DNA of 64,000 nt from Candidatus Iainarchaeum sp. GTDB taxonomy: Archaea > Iainarchaeota > Iainarchaeia > Iainarchaeales > VGJJ01. The translations under genes were made by a program, and so were the position numbers. The stretch covers positions 2,843 to 66,842 of the forward strand of contig JACQJG010000018.1 of the NCBI GenBank assembly GCA_016198125.1, written 5' to 3'. Below the pieces are notes generated by a model. The model was not told the DNA's origin and ran no database searches. It worked only from the letters and a program-made list of their open reading frames with translations. Every line of letters starts with the position of its first letter. Position 1 is the first letter of the stretch. Shown here one piece after another: positions 37,036 to 46,768 of this stretch.

Positions 37036-38103
37036 GCCGTGGAGCGTTTAAAGGATTCGGATGCGCGCTTGCGGGAACTTTCAATGCACGTGGGTAAAGT
37101 CTCCCGCACGGGTTTAAGGGCCTTAAACAGCCCGTTTGTATTGGAGGACGCGCTTATTCAAGCAGTGCCATCCGTGTCCTTTACAGGCAAAGTGGCTGGA
37201 GTTGACTCCGGTTTTTTGGACCGTGCACTGTACGTGTTGGACATCCTGCTGGTCAAGTCTGTGGGCGTGGTGTTTGAGTACCAGGGCAATCGTTTGGTGA
37301 AATCCGTGTACTACCCGCGTTTTTTTCAGTTTCCAAAACCCGAGGTGAGCGCGGAGGGCTTGGAACGGGATGAGGTGCACTGCAGTGTTTCGCTCACGCG
37401 TTTGCGCGAGGAAGTGCGCGTGGCCAGGGAAATCATTGAACGCCATTCTCCCCAATTTCTTTTCCTGGATGGTTCTCTGGTGCCCCAGTTCATGGACAAG
37501 CCGGGGAAGGATTCCAAGGTAAAAGTATTCTACCATGAAGTGTTGAACGACTTTCAACTGTTATTTCAAACCGCATTCGATCATGAGTGCACGCTGGTGG
37601 GCGCCGTTGAGGACTCCCGGGGAAACCGTTTTCGGGCGCTGATGGAAGAAACCATTTTTCCAGGTCTTGGCGTTCATGCGGATTTGGGTTCGTGCAAGGA
37701 TGCAAGCCTATTGGAATATGTGCTCAGTCCAGGAGAGCGCACGCTTGCATTTTCTTATGCCCAGGACGTTTCCAAGCACCCTGTACTTGCGGACATGAAT
37801 GAGAAATGGGCGCGCGCCCTGCATGCCCTGTATGTGAAGCCTTCAGCATACGACCGGCCATTGCGGGTGGAATTCCTTTGCCATGATTTAACTCAAATGC
37901 CTGCGTGCGCCGGCGAAGTGGCGGGGATTGCGCTGAACCAGTCTTCACTGCACAAGGAATACGCGTTTCCTGCAGTGTTGATTGAAGCGGATTTGCGTGC
38001 CAGGCTGAAACCGGAGGAAGTGGACTGGGTGTTTGAGCGCATCATGCAAAAACTTGGGCGTAAAAACTTTTGGCTGCAGCGCAGGGATAAGAGGCCGTTT
38101 TAG
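37009..38103 (+). CDS. nurA: NurA 5'-3' nuclease
   Basis: 364 aa with the NurA-domain acidic motifs GVDSGF, FLDGSL and AVEDSRGNRF. Confidence 0.75.
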   Translation: MELDGWIAHAVERLKDSDARLRELSMHVGKVSRTGLRALNSPFVLEDALIQAVPSVSFTGKVAGVDSGFLDRALYVLDILLVKSVGVVFEYQGNRLVKSVYYPRFFQFPKPEVSAEGLERDEVHCSVSLTRLREEVRVAREIIERHSPQFLFLDGSLVPQFMDKPGKDSKVKVFYHEVLNDFQLLFQTAFDHECTLVGAVEDSRGNRFRALMEETIFPGLGVHADLGSCKDASLLEYVLSPGERTLAFSYAQDVSKHPVLADMNEKWARALHALYVKPSAYDRPLRVEFLCHDLTQMPACAGEVAGIALNQSSLHKEYAFPAVLIEADLRARLKPEEVDWVFERIMQKLGRKNFWLQRRDKRPF

Positions 38104-38149
38104 CCAAAAAGTTAAATATTACTGGGGTAATACTATTAATGGTGGTTTT

Positions 38150-38335
38150 ATGGAGACAGTGCCGGCTAAGATAACTCCAAAGCTTGTGCAGGAAATGGAT
38201 GACTTGGTCAAAGATGGGTGGTATGCCTCGCGCAGCGAAGTCATCAGGGATGGCGTTCGGGAGCTTGTTAAAAAGCTTCGAAGTGAACGCATTATGCGCG
38301 CAATCAAAGAGGATGTGGAATGGGGCCTAAAGTGA
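38150..38335 (+). CDS. Ribbon-helix-helix (CopG/Arc-type) antitoxin-like protein
   Basis: From the internal M: METVPAKITPKLVQEMDDLVKDGWYASRSEVIRDGVRELV, an RHH pattern. It overlaps the PIN gene start by 16 nt. Confidence 0.5.
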   Translation: METVPAKITPKLVQEMDDLVKDGWYASRSEVIRDGVRELVKKLRSERIMRAIKEDVEWGLK

Positions 38336-38793
38336 GGGCAGTCATTGACGCAGGTCCTATTATTCACTTGCGCGAGTTGGGCCTTCTCAGAGCCTTTAAT
38401 CCGTTTGAGCTTTTTACAGTTCCACTGGTTTTTAATGAAGTTAAAGTCCTGCCTTCTTTCATTTCAGTTGAAGCTGCGTTTGATGGAATGAAAGCCGATC
38501 TTATTGCCGCAGAGTGCGGGCTGGGTTTGGCGGAAAGCCAGTGCATGGCTTTGGCCAAGAAAAAGGAAATTTTGTTGTTTTTGACAGATGACCTGGACGC
38601 GCGTACAACAGCGGAGGCTTTGGGATTGGAACCCCACGGAACAATTGGAATTTTGTTGAAAGCATATCGCAAAGGCCTTTTTTCGCGTAAAGAAGTTGTG
38701 AGGCATATTCAAAGTATTCCACGAAAATCCACCCTGTATATTACACAGGAAATTATAGAGTATGTTGTCCGTGAGATCAAGCGTAAGAGGTAA
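38320..38793 (+). CDS. PIN-domain protein (toxin-like nucleic-acid-binding protein)
   Basis: AVIDAGPIIHL (N-terminal Asp) and FLTDDLDARTTAEALG with further acidic residues, consistent with PIN. Confidence 0.55.
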   Translation: MGPKVRAVIDAGPIIHLRELGLLRAFNPFELFTVPLVFNEVKVLPSFISVEAAFDGMKADLIAAECGLGLAESQCMALAKKKEILLFLTDDLDARTTAEALGLEPHGTIGILLKAYRKGLFSRKEVVRHIQSIPRKSTLYITQEIIEYVVREIKRKR

Positions 38794-38800
38794 TGTTGAA

Positions 38801-39010
38801 ATGAAACCGTTTCCAAAGCCAAATCCAAAATCAAAGCAAGAACCTGAATATCCTTCCAGGCACGTGCGCGTGTGCCCTCAATGCGGTTCTATGCATGTTA
38901 AAGAGTACATGGGGGGCGTGTTGGGCCAAAAGTTTCAGTGCATGGAATGCGGGTACATTGGCCCGGTATTGGAATCTTTGAAGGGTTTTTTTAGGGAAGG
39001 GAAAAAGTGA
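38801..39010 (+). CDS. Small zinc-ribbon protein
   Basis: CPQCGS...CMECGY four-Cys ribbon. The start is chosen at MKPFPKP. Confidence 0.35.
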   Translation: MKPFPKPNPKSKQEPEYPSRHVRVCPQCGSMHVKEYMGGVLGQKFQCMECGYIGPVLESLKGFFREGKK

Positions 39011-39019
39011 GGGCGTGCA

Positions 39020-39904
39020 ATGCCGGTCGTTGAATGCTTGGATGTTGGGGGCACGCACACCCGGTATGCGTTGATTGAAAATGAAAAGGTGCTGGTCAAA
39101 GAACGTGTTGAAACACGCTGTGAAAACGCGCAGGGTTTGCTGGACTTCATTCAGGAAGTGTGCGTGCGCAACCGTTCGCGCGCAGGCGTTTCTGGAGTGA
39201 ATGTTTCATGTGCGGTGCTTCCAGGGCCTGTCCGGAAAGGAGTGTTGCTGAACGCGCCTCCCTTGGGTTTGCAGTACCCGCTTGATTTTTCCTGTTTGGA
39301 AGGCGTGCTGGGCAATGCAGTGATAATTGAGAATGACTTGAATGCAGCCGTGCGCACGGAATTAGAGAAAGGGGTTGGAAGAACCGTGGATTCGTTTTAC
39401 CTGTTGGCGTTGAGTACAGGGATTGGTGCGGGGATTGTGTTGAATGGAAAGGCTGTGAAAGGTCTGGCCGGGGAGTTTGGGCACTGTGTGTTGGACGCGT
39501 CCTCCAATGCCTTTTTGTGTGCGTGCACGCGCAGGGGGTGTTGGAGCGCGTACAGCAGCGGGAAAGGGCTTGAAATGCAGGCACGCGCGAATGGCTTTGA
39601 ATGGAGTGCCAGCGGGGTGTTTGATCATGCCTTGAACGGCCATGAAATTGCGTGTGAAATTGTAAAGCGTGCGCGTGCGTTCAATGCGCGTGGATTGGGG
39701 GTTATGGTGAATGCCTTGGAAGTGCAGGCCATTGTGGTGATGGGTTCCCTGGGCTTGAACCGGTTTAAGGAAGTTGTTCCGCTCCCTGGGGAAGTGGGTT
39801 GTTTTACCGTTAATCCAGTGCCGCGCATCGTAAAAACAGCGTTGGCCGACGACCTGGGATGGGAGGGCGCGTATTTTCTTGGAATGGACTTTCTTGACAG
39901 GTAA
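39020..39904 (+). CDS. ROK-family sugar kinase (glucokinase-like)
   Basis: LDVGGTHTRYAL, LALSTGIGAGIVLNG, GEFGHC and a CxCxxxGC zinc motif. Confidence 0.7.
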   Translation: MPVVECLDVGGTHTRYALIENEKVLVKERVETRCENAQGLLDFIQEVCVRNRSRAGVSGVNVSCAVLPGPVRKGVLLNAPPLGLQYPLDFSCLEGVLGNAVIIENDLNAAVRTELEKGVGRTVDSFYLLALSTGIGAGIVLNGKAVKGLAGEFGHCVLDASSNAFLCACTRRGCWSAYSSGKGLEMQARANGFEWSASGVFDHALNGHEIACEIVKRARAFNARGLGVMVNALEVQAIVVMGSLGLNRFKEVVPLPGEVGCFTVNPVPRIVKTALADDLGWEGAYFLGMDFLDR

Positions 39905-39941
39905 GGGGAAACATGCAAACGTTAAAATGCTTTAACATTCA

Positions 39942-41504
39942 TTGTTTTTGTACAGGTTTTTCTTCATGGCGTTGGACAAGGAACTGGGAACAATTGTTTC
40001 AACCCCTGAAAGCCCTTCCCCTTCTGCATTGGATTTTGTAGTCACAAAGGGGGTGGTTCACCGGGGGCAATTTGTGGAATTGGAGTACCCGGAAGGGATT
40101 ATGATTGCGTGGGTATTGGACGTGTTCAAAACCAACAAGTACTTTGAACGCGCGGATGCAGTGAAGGAATTTGAATCCAATGGCTCCAAGTTGAATGACC
40201 AGTTCCCGGTTTCCGAGTGGGAGTTTTTAATGGCCAAAGCCAAGCCTTTGGGCGTTTTTCTTGGAAAGCAGTTTAAGCGGCCTTCCATTCCGCCTTCTCC
40301 CGGCACCAAAGTTTTTGTTGCCTCTGACGAGCATTTGATTTCCTTTTTGGGCTTGGACATGGAGAACGGGTTGCTGGTAGGCAGCATGGAATTTCATGAT
40401 GTTCCTGTAAAACTGAATTTGACGCGGCTCCTGCAAAAGCATTGCGCGGTTTTAGCCATGTCGGGTGCAGGAAAATCGATTTTCTGCACGGATTTGCTTG
40501 AGGAACTCCTTTTTCGCAAACGGGAAGCTGGCCGATTAGCCGCATTCGTATTCGATGTTCATGGCGAATACTCTTCCTTGGCCGAGCCTGCGGAAAAGCC
40601 TTTCAGGGATTTTTCAAATCAGACGCGCTGGGTTAAGGCGCGCGACATTAAGATTGCAGTTTCAAAGCTTTCTCCGTATGTCCTGGCAGGGTTCATGCCC
40701 AACATGTCTTCCGTTCAAAAGCGCGAGCTTGCGCGCGTATTTGAATCCCTGCACAAGTCCATGCGCGATGGCAATGGCCCTTTTGATTTGCGGGACGTGC
40801 GTTCATTGTTGGTGGAAGACAAGGAGTTGAAGGACAATGTAAAAACGTCTTTGCTGGGGTGGTTGCATGAGTTGGAAGAACTCAAGTTGTTTGACAAAAT
40901 CGACCGGCCTTCAATAGTTGACCTTGCCAAGCCCGGCACGCTTTCAGTCATTGACTTGTCCGATATTACGAATTTGAAAAAAAAGCAGGTGATTGTATCC
41001 TACTTTTCCGGGGCATTGTTTTACCTGCGCCGGGATAAAAAAGTCCCCCCCGTGGTGTTGGTGGTGGAGGAATCCCATCAGTTCATTCCGGAGGGCACTT
41101 CAAAGGAAGGCGCGTTGTCCAAGTCCATGCTGCGCACGATTGCGCGCGAGGGAAGAAAATTCGGGTGCTCGTTGTGCCTTGTTTCCCAGCGTCCCATTCA
41201 ATTGGACACCACTACATTGTCCCAGTGCAATACGCATGTGTACTTGCGCATCACCAATCCTTATGACTTGGACCACATTGCCAAGACCAGCGAGGGCTTT
41301 GACTCGCGGAGCACGGACATTATTTCCTCGCTTAAAGTGGGGGAAGCGTTGATTGCAGGCGAAGCGTTGAATTTTCCCGTGTTCCTGCGCGTGCGCCAGC
41401 GCCTTTCCCAGCCATCAAAGCATGAACGCTCATTGGAGCAGGCCGCGCGCGAGTTTGAAGAATCCAGTGAAAAGGCGCGCGCGGAAGCAAAAGAATTTCT
41501 TTGA
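39942..41504 (+). CDS. herA: HerA-family (FtsK/HerA superfamily) DNA helicase/ATPase
   Basis: Walker A AVLAMSGAGKS and Walker B VVLVVEESHQFIP, plus a conserved C-terminal GEALIAGEALNFP. Confidence 0.8.
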   Translation: MFLYRFFFMALDKELGTIVSTPESPSPSALDFVVTKGVVHRGQFVELEYPEGIMIAWVLDVFKTNKYFERADAVKEFESNGSKLNDQFPVSEWEFLMAKAKPLGVFLGKQFKRPSIPPSPGTKVFVASDEHLISFLGLDMENGLLVGSMEFHDVPVKLNLTRLLQKHCAVLAMSGAGKSIFCTDLLEELLFRKREAGRLAAFVFDVHGEYSSLAEPAEKPFRDFSNQTRWVKARDIKIAVSKLSPYVLAGFMPNMSSVQKRELARVFESLHKSMRDGNGPFDLRDVRSLLVEDKELKDNVKTSLLGWLHELEELKLFDKIDRPSIVDLAKPGTLSVIDLSDITNLKKKQVIVSYFSGALFYLRRDKKVPPVVLVVEESHQFIPEGTSKEGALSKSMLRTIAREGRKFGCSLCLVSQRPIQLDTTTLSQCNTHVYLRITNPYDLDHIAKTSEGFDSRSTDIISSLKVGEALIAGEALNFPVFLRVRQRLSQPSKHERSLEQAAREFEESSEKARAEAKEFL

Positions 41505-41673
41505 CTCGGCCTTTTTGGGAAAAAGGCCTGCGAAAAGCCTTTTTGCTTTGGCAAAAAGCCTTGGGAAAAAAGCGGGATATTGTGTTGCAATACCCCTCTA
41601 ATATCAACACCCTTCAAGGCGCGCTTTCCTCAATGAAGACACCCCTGCCTTTAGTCGGGGGGGGATGTCCTTT

Positions 41674-42048
41674 TTATTTTGTAGTAAGGTACGCGATTGG
41701 AATGAGCCCAAGCACGGCGCCTCCTAGAAGGATAAGCAATGCGCTCAGAAGCACAAAGCCAATGCTTTTGAGGTCGTTAAATCTTTTTTTTGCCTTTAGG
41801 ATTATTGTGCCAAGGGCGATGACAAAAATCGCGGCCACTCCCGCACCATACCGCGTGCCTGTTTGAAATGCGTTTTCGAAGTTTTCCAGGGGGGTGAATG
41901 CCCCCAGCACGCCCCCAACGACTCCCCCTGCAAGAGCCACGAGTACCAGATATGCAAAATAGAACCCAACTCCTTGCACGGGCGTTCTTTTTAATTTGAA
42001 TGTTGTAAGCCCGTAAAACATTCCCTGACCGGCTTTTTTCCTGACCAT
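41674..42048 (-). CDS. Small membrane protein (3-4 TM)
   Basis: 124 aa, highly hydrophobic (GFYFAYLVLVALAGGVVGGVLGAF, VAAIFVIALGTIIL). Confidence 0.4.
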   Translation of the reverse strand: MVRKKAGQGMFYGLTTFKLKRTPVQGVGFYFAYLVLVALAGGVVGGVLGAFTPLENFENAFQTGTRYGAGVAAIFVIALGTIILKAKKRFNDLKSIGFVLLSALLILLGGAVLGLIPIAYLTTK

Positions 42049-42079
42049 GGCTGAAATACAATGCCCGGCTTATTAACCT

Positions 42080-43681
42080 TTGTTTTGGCCCTCCAAGCCA
42101 TATGCTATGAGATTCACCGGCAATGCACGCCCTCACGGCGTATTTAAACCATTAAAACGAGGGTTGTGCATGTCCGCTCCCAATACGTTTGCCTTGTCCA
42201 AGGTAACCTATTTTCCTGAGAAGCGTTCAGTTCACGTGGAGTTTTGCAATTCCCTTCACCGCGTTTCGCGTGCGTTCCCGTTCTTTCCCTCTTTTTTTGT
42301 TTCCAATGCTGTTTCAAGGGAATTGTTGGACAACGTGTTAAGCTTGTATGACCGCAAGCGGTTCAAGGTAGTGCAACACCCGTATTCCTTTGAGGTGCAG
42401 GCCGCTACTTTTGAGCATTTAAAAGAGTTGGCGCGCTTAGTGGAAGAATGCACTGCGCAACCGGTTTCCATCATGGAATCCGAACGCCAGTTCTTGTGTG
42501 CACAGAATTGGAGTTACTGGGATGTTTTTGCCCAAAGCCCCGAGGGAACGCTTTCTCCAAGTTCTTCCCTGTTGGAGGATTGCCGGTTGGATTTCTTTTC
42601 AGATGGGTTGTTTGAAACCCTTTCAAGGCTTTCCAGGAGCGACCCTGAAAGGGAAAAAGCGCTTTCACATTCCCTTGCATTGTCCAACGTGTTGCGCGTT
42701 CCAGTGCCCTTTGTTCCCATGCACCGTTCCGGGCAGGCCGCGTTGTGGCTTGAAAATACCTGTTTTTCGCATGCCTTTGCTTTTCCTTCAATGGAAAACC
42801 TCCAGGGCCTGGTTTCTAAACGCGTCCGCATGCCCCGGTGGGAGCGAAACATTACCCAAGTGCGTTTTAACGCGTTGTGGAGCAGTTTGTGTTCGCTGAA
42901 TTTTTACAATTTAGGTTTGGAAACCGTGGATTGTCCTTGTTGTGTCCCCCTAAGCGTGCGTTCATTCAACGTGCTTCCGCATTCCCTTGTAAAAGTGCGC
43001 TTTTTGGAGGACGCATTCTTTTTTGTTACCCGCCTGGCTTCGTGGGGGGATTATTTTCATGGCAGGCTCCCGGCAAGGTACGCGCGTGAACGCTTCCAGC
43101 AGGAACAAGGGCTTTCATCGCCTGCCATGGGGCCCTTTTACAGGAATCAAGTGGAGTCCATTCCATGGGTGGATGCCCAGGAATTGGAACGCGAAGGAGT
43201 GGTGCGGGTAGTGGATGAACGCGCGGAATGGCATTGGCATTGTGTGAAGAAAGAATCTTTTTTTGCTTTGGACTTAAGTCGTTTGAATGTCCTTGCCGGG
43301 AAAGCGCGTGCGCTTGCTTCCAAGATGGAAGAAGCAGGTATTCAATCCAATGGCCTGCGTGCTTCCCTGGTATTGCAGGGTAATGGACGTTTTCTGGCAT
43401 TGCGTGCCCTGGAAAGAGAAGCCCGTGCCCTGTGGGTTTTTTTGCCTGGTTTTTTAAAGCACGTTCCTTGTTTTGGGCGTGCACTTGAAGGCATTCAAGC
43501 CCGTGTGCTTGAACAGTTTTCCAATGCCTCGTTAAAGGAGGGAGTGCGGCCTGTACAGGTGAGTGCCCAGCAGGCGTGGGTGCAGGGATCCAATGTACTG
43601 GGCGTATTGCAGGGTTTTGCGCGTTCCGAGCGCATGCCTGTTCCCGAGGTTGGAAACAAATATCCCTGGCGAAGGGTTTGA
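42080..43681 (+). CDS. Large hypothetical protein located between herA and rpoK
   Basis: 533-aa ORF. The probable start is the internal MSAPNT at about 42170. It lacks Mre11 phosphoesterase motifs. A CPCC motif is present. Confidence 0.45.
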   Translation: MFWPSKPYAMRFTGNARPHGVFKPLKRGLCMSAPNTFALSKVTYFPEKRSVHVEFCNSLHRVSRAFPFFPSFFVSNAVSRELLDNVLSLYDRKRFKVVQHPYSFEVQAATFEHLKELARLVEECTAQPVSIMESERQFLCAQNWSYWDVFAQSPEGTLSPSSSLLEDCRLDFFSDGLFETLSRLSRSDPEREKALSHSLALSNVLRVPVPFVPMHRSGQAALWLENTCFSHAFAFPSMENLQGLVSKRVRMPRWERNITQVRFNALWSSLCSLNFYNLGLETVDCPCCVPLSVRSFNVLPHSLVKVRFLEDAFFFVTRLASWGDYFHGRLPARYARERFQQEQGLSSPAMGPFYRNQVESIPWVDAQELEREGVVRVVDERAEWHWHCVKKESFFALDLSRLNVLAGKARALASKMEEAGIQSNGLRASLVLQGNGRFLALRALEREARALWVFLPGFLKHVPCFGRALEGIQARVLEQFSNASLKEGVRPVQVSAQQAWVQGSNVLGVLQGFARSERMPVPEVGNKYPWRRV

Positions 43682-43795
43682 AGAATGCCTTTTTAAAGCT
43701 TTTGGGGGCTGTTTTCTTTTACGTTTTTGGAATCCTTTTTTTGGGTTTATTAGTGATTGCATTCTTGGAATGTAAGGGAAAGGAGTTTTTTTGAC

Positions 43796-44002
43796 ATGGA
43801 GCGTTTGACGCGGTTTGAATACACGCGGTTGGTTAGCGCGCGTGCCCTGCAATTGTCTTTGGGGGCTTCTCCCTTGGTTAAACACGAAAAGGGTTTGACG
43901 GTGTATGAGATTGCCAAAAAGGAATTGGATGACAAGGTCATTCCGTTGGCTGTAATCCGAACGTATCCTACAGGAACCATTCAACGCGTGGAAGTGGTAT
44001 GA
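43796..44002 (+). CDS. rpoK: DNA-directed RNA polymerase subunit Rpo6/RpoK (RPB6/omega family)
   Basis: MERLTRFEYTRLVSARALQLSLGASPLV, the RPB6 signature. Confidence 0.75.
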   Translation: MERLTRFEYTRLVSARALQLSLGASPLVKHEKGLTVYEIAKKELDDKVIPLAVIRTYPTGTIQRVEVV

Positions 44003-44003
44003 G

Positions 44004-44306
44004 ATGGGGAAAGCAGTGCCCAAAGGGGTAAAGCGAAAGGCCGCGTTGTTGATGACTGAGTTTCCAAAGGAGTTTGGGGATTTTGAAAAAAACAAGGTTT
44101 TTTTGTCTTCGTTGAAAATTCCGTTTGACAAGATTACTCGAAACCTGGTGGCTGGTTTTATTGCCAGGGAAAACCGTAAAGCCCATGAAAAGGCCCGGGC
44201 AGAGGAAGCTTCAAGGAAAAAGGCATTGGAAGCAGCCATGGCGCCAAAGCCCAAGCCTGTGATTTCCACTCAAACGCCAGAAACTCTTCCCACTCCAAGC
44301 TCTTGA
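44004..44306 (+). CDS. rps17e: Ribosomal protein eS17
   Basis: MGKAVPKGVKRKAALLMTEFPKEFGDFEKNKVFL...ITRNLVAGFIAR matches the eS17 N-terminal domain. The C-terminus is a K/A/P-rich tail. Confidence 0.8.
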   Translation: MGKAVPKGVKRKAALLMTEFPKEFGDFEKNKVFLSSLKIPFDKITRNLVAGFIARENRKAHEKARAEEASRKKALEAAMAPKPKPVISTQTPETLPTPSS

Positions 44307-44327
44307 TTCTTTTTCAGGGTCTTTTTA

Positions 44328-46694
44328 TTATTCCATTTCACGCATTTCAATGGGAATTTCTCTTTTTTCGGGTTTTGTCAACCCGTCAACGTTTTTGTCG
44401 CGTTGTAACACGTAAAGAGTGCTGGTTGCAGCCTTTTCCACTTCGGGGTTGTGCGTGATGATAAAAATTTGTTCTACAAGCCCGGGCAAATGGGTTTTCA
44501 TGAGGCGTGAAAGCCTGTCCACTGTTTTAACATCCAAATTATGCGTGGGTTCATCCAGGATGATCCAGCTCAACTGCCGGGTTAAAACAAGGGCAATGGC
44601 CATGCGCAGGGTCAATGCAACGGCGCTTCGTTCTCCGCCCGAGAGAATGCCTTCTGCCCGCACCCATTCTCCGGAGCGTTCGCGTACTTTTACTTCATAG
44701 TTTCCTTCTTCGATTTGAATGCGCGCGCACGTGTAATCCTCGTAGGGATACAAGTGCGGCCACAGGTTTTCCATTCCCTGGTTGATGGCCGTTAGCATGG
44801 TTTCGCGCAATTGTATTTGGGTTTCCTTTAGCGCGTTCACAAAGAACCCCATTTTTTGCGCGCTGTTTTCCAGGCGTTGAATGCGCTGGCCTTCTCCTTC
44901 AAGTTGGGCTTGGATTTTTTGAAGGCGTTCCAGGGCCTGTCTTGTTTCGCGCGCGTTTTCCTTTAATCCAAGCAGTTCCTTTTCCAGGGCCGCGTGTTGC
45001 GCGTTCATGCGTGCAGCGTGCGCGCGCGTGCGCGTTGCCTCTTCCTCGTTGTACGCCAGTGCTTCGAGTTTGAATGCGAGTTCGTGCACGCGCTGACCGC
45101 ACTGGCCTGCTTCTTTTTGAATGCCGATCAGTTCCACGGCCATTCGTATGCGTTCAAGGTCTTTTTCTATTTTTTCGCGCGTTCCTTTCCACGCGTTTTC
45201 ATTCCATTCTTTGGCGCGTGCTTCCAGGTTTTGGGCTTTTTCTTCGCAGTCAAGCACTCGTTTTTTGAGTTCTTCGACTTCCTCGAGTGTTCGGCCTGCC
45301 GCTTTGAGGTCCAGCTGCTCGCCTTTTTTTCTTTCAAGCGTTGCTTCCAGGTTTTCAAGTTTTTCTTCCAGTGCGCGTGCTCTTTTCTTAATGGCCTGGT
45401 GGCCGTGCCGTGCATCCTCCAATTCCTTTTCAGCGGTCTTTTTGAGTTCGTGTATTTCCTTTTCTTTGAGTGGCTTGCTGCACACTGGGCACTGGGGGCC
45501 GGTTTCATCGAGTTTTTCAACGCGTTCTTTCATGATTTCAATTTTTTCGTTCAATGCGCTTTCCTCTTTGCTTGCGTGTTGAAACTCCTGTTTTCCGGTT
45601 GAGCGTTCTTTTTCGAGTTCTTCAAGTGCTTTGGCGATTAAATTTTTTTGTTCCTGTAATTCCTCTTTTGATTGCGCGGGCATGCTTTTTGCACGGACTC
45701 CGGCCTGTTTTCTTGCATCGTGTGCGCGTTCCCGGAATGACTGGGCTTCGAGTGCGGTTTTTTGTGCTTTCAGGCGCTGGTCTTCCAGTTCTTTTCGTTG
45801 GCGTTCAAGTTCTTCCTGGGCATGTCGGGCTTCTTGTTCTGTCTGAAAGGGGTGTCCTGCAAGGTTTTTTTCAAGTTCTTTTACCCGGTCTTCCAGTGAT
45901 TCCCTGCGCCCGCGCGTCCTGTGCAATTCCTCTTTGAGTCTGGAATACTCCTTTTCAATCGCGTTGAGTGCTCGCAGGGTTTCCTGTAGTTTTGCGTCTT
46001 CTGCTTTCAGGCGTTCCAGGTCCGATTGCACGTCCAATGCCTGTTTTTCCTTTCTTGCCAGGCGCTCGTGCAATTCGGTTAAATCGTTCACGTTGAATTG
46101 CGTGGAAAGGTCTTCAAGCCATTTTCTCTTTTCTTCGGCTTCTTTTTTCAGGCGGTTTTGCACGTTTACGCTGTTGGACCGCACTTCTTCGTATTTGTCG
46201 AGGCCCAGTAATTCATCGAATTTGGCTTTGCGCTGGCCGGGGTTTAATTTCAGGAAGTAATCCACTTGGTTTTGTTCTGCGTACACGGCGCGTGCAAACA
46301 GGTCATAATTCATTTCAAGAATGCTTTGAATGCGTGCGTTGACTTCCTGCACTTTGGGGCCTGCGAGGAGGCGCTGGTTTTCCCACACCTTGGCTTCATT
46401 GGTTCCGTTGGCTTTAATTACGCGTTCTACCAGGTACTGTTTTTTTTCGTACTCGAACTCCAGTTTTATGCGCGCGCTTTCGGCTTTGAAGGGCTTGCGC
46501 GTGAGCACTTCTTTTAACGCCACTTCTCTTCCCTGCAGTGCAGGAAACGTTCCAAACAATGCAAAGCAAATAGCATCCATTACGCTGGACTTGCCGCTTC
46601 CCAGCACTCCAATCAATACGTTTGTTCCCGGTCCAAACTCCATGCGCGTTTTGTGGTGGGTTTTCCAGTTTTCAAGTTCAATGCACGTGATCAT
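44328..46694 (-). CDS. rad50: Rad50 ATPase (SMC-like, zinc hook)
   Basis: N-terminal Walker A GVLGSGKSS, a long coiled coil, the central hook CPVC, and C-terminal LSGGERSAVALTL...ILDEPTHNLD (ABC signature, Walker B, D-loop). Confidence 0.85.
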   Translation of the reverse strand: MITCIELENWKTHHKTRMEFGPGTNVLIGVLGSGKSSVMDAICFALFGTFPALQGREVALKEVLTRKPFKAESARIKLEFEYEKKQYLVERVIKANGTNEAKVWENQRLLAGPKVQEVNARIQSILEMNYDLFARAVYAEQNQVDYFLKLNPGQRKAKFDELLGLDKYEEVRSNSVNVQNRLKKEAEEKRKWLEDLSTQFNVNDLTELHERLARKEKQALDVQSDLERLKAEDAKLQETLRALNAIEKEYSRLKEELHRTRGRRESLEDRVKELEKNLAGHPFQTEQEARHAQEELERQRKELEDQRLKAQKTALEAQSFRERAHDARKQAGVRAKSMPAQSKEELQEQKNLIAKALEELEKERSTGKQEFQHASKEESALNEKIEIMKERVEKLDETGPQCPVCSKPLKEKEIHELKKTAEKELEDARHGHQAIKKRARALEEKLENLEATLERKKGEQLDLKAAGRTLEEVEELKKRVLDCEEKAQNLEARAKEWNENAWKGTREKIEKDLERIRMAVELIGIQKEAGQCGQRVHELAFKLEALAYNEEEATRTRAHAARMNAQHAALEKELLGLKENARETRQALERLQKIQAQLEGEGQRIQRLENSAQKMGFFVNALKETQIQLRETMLTAINQGMENLWPHLYPYEDYTCARIQIEEGNYEVKVRERSGEWVRAEGILSGGERSAVALTLRMAIALVLTRQLSWIILDEPTHNLDVKTVDRLSRLMKTHLPGLVEQIFIITHNPEVEKAATSTLYVLQRDKNVDGLTKPEKREIPIEMREME

Positions 46695-46768
46695 TCAATT
46701 AGACTTATTCCGGGTGAAATGGTTTTAAGGCCCTCGGACAAGCAAAAAAGAAAAATGCGTTATGTATA

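Noticed and set aside
44994-46728. Multiple plus-strand ORFs (202, 153, 132 aa and others) within the rad50 interval
   Set aside because: They are antisense or alternative frames of the Rad50 coiled-coil region. Low-complexity repetitive codons generate long spurious ORFs.
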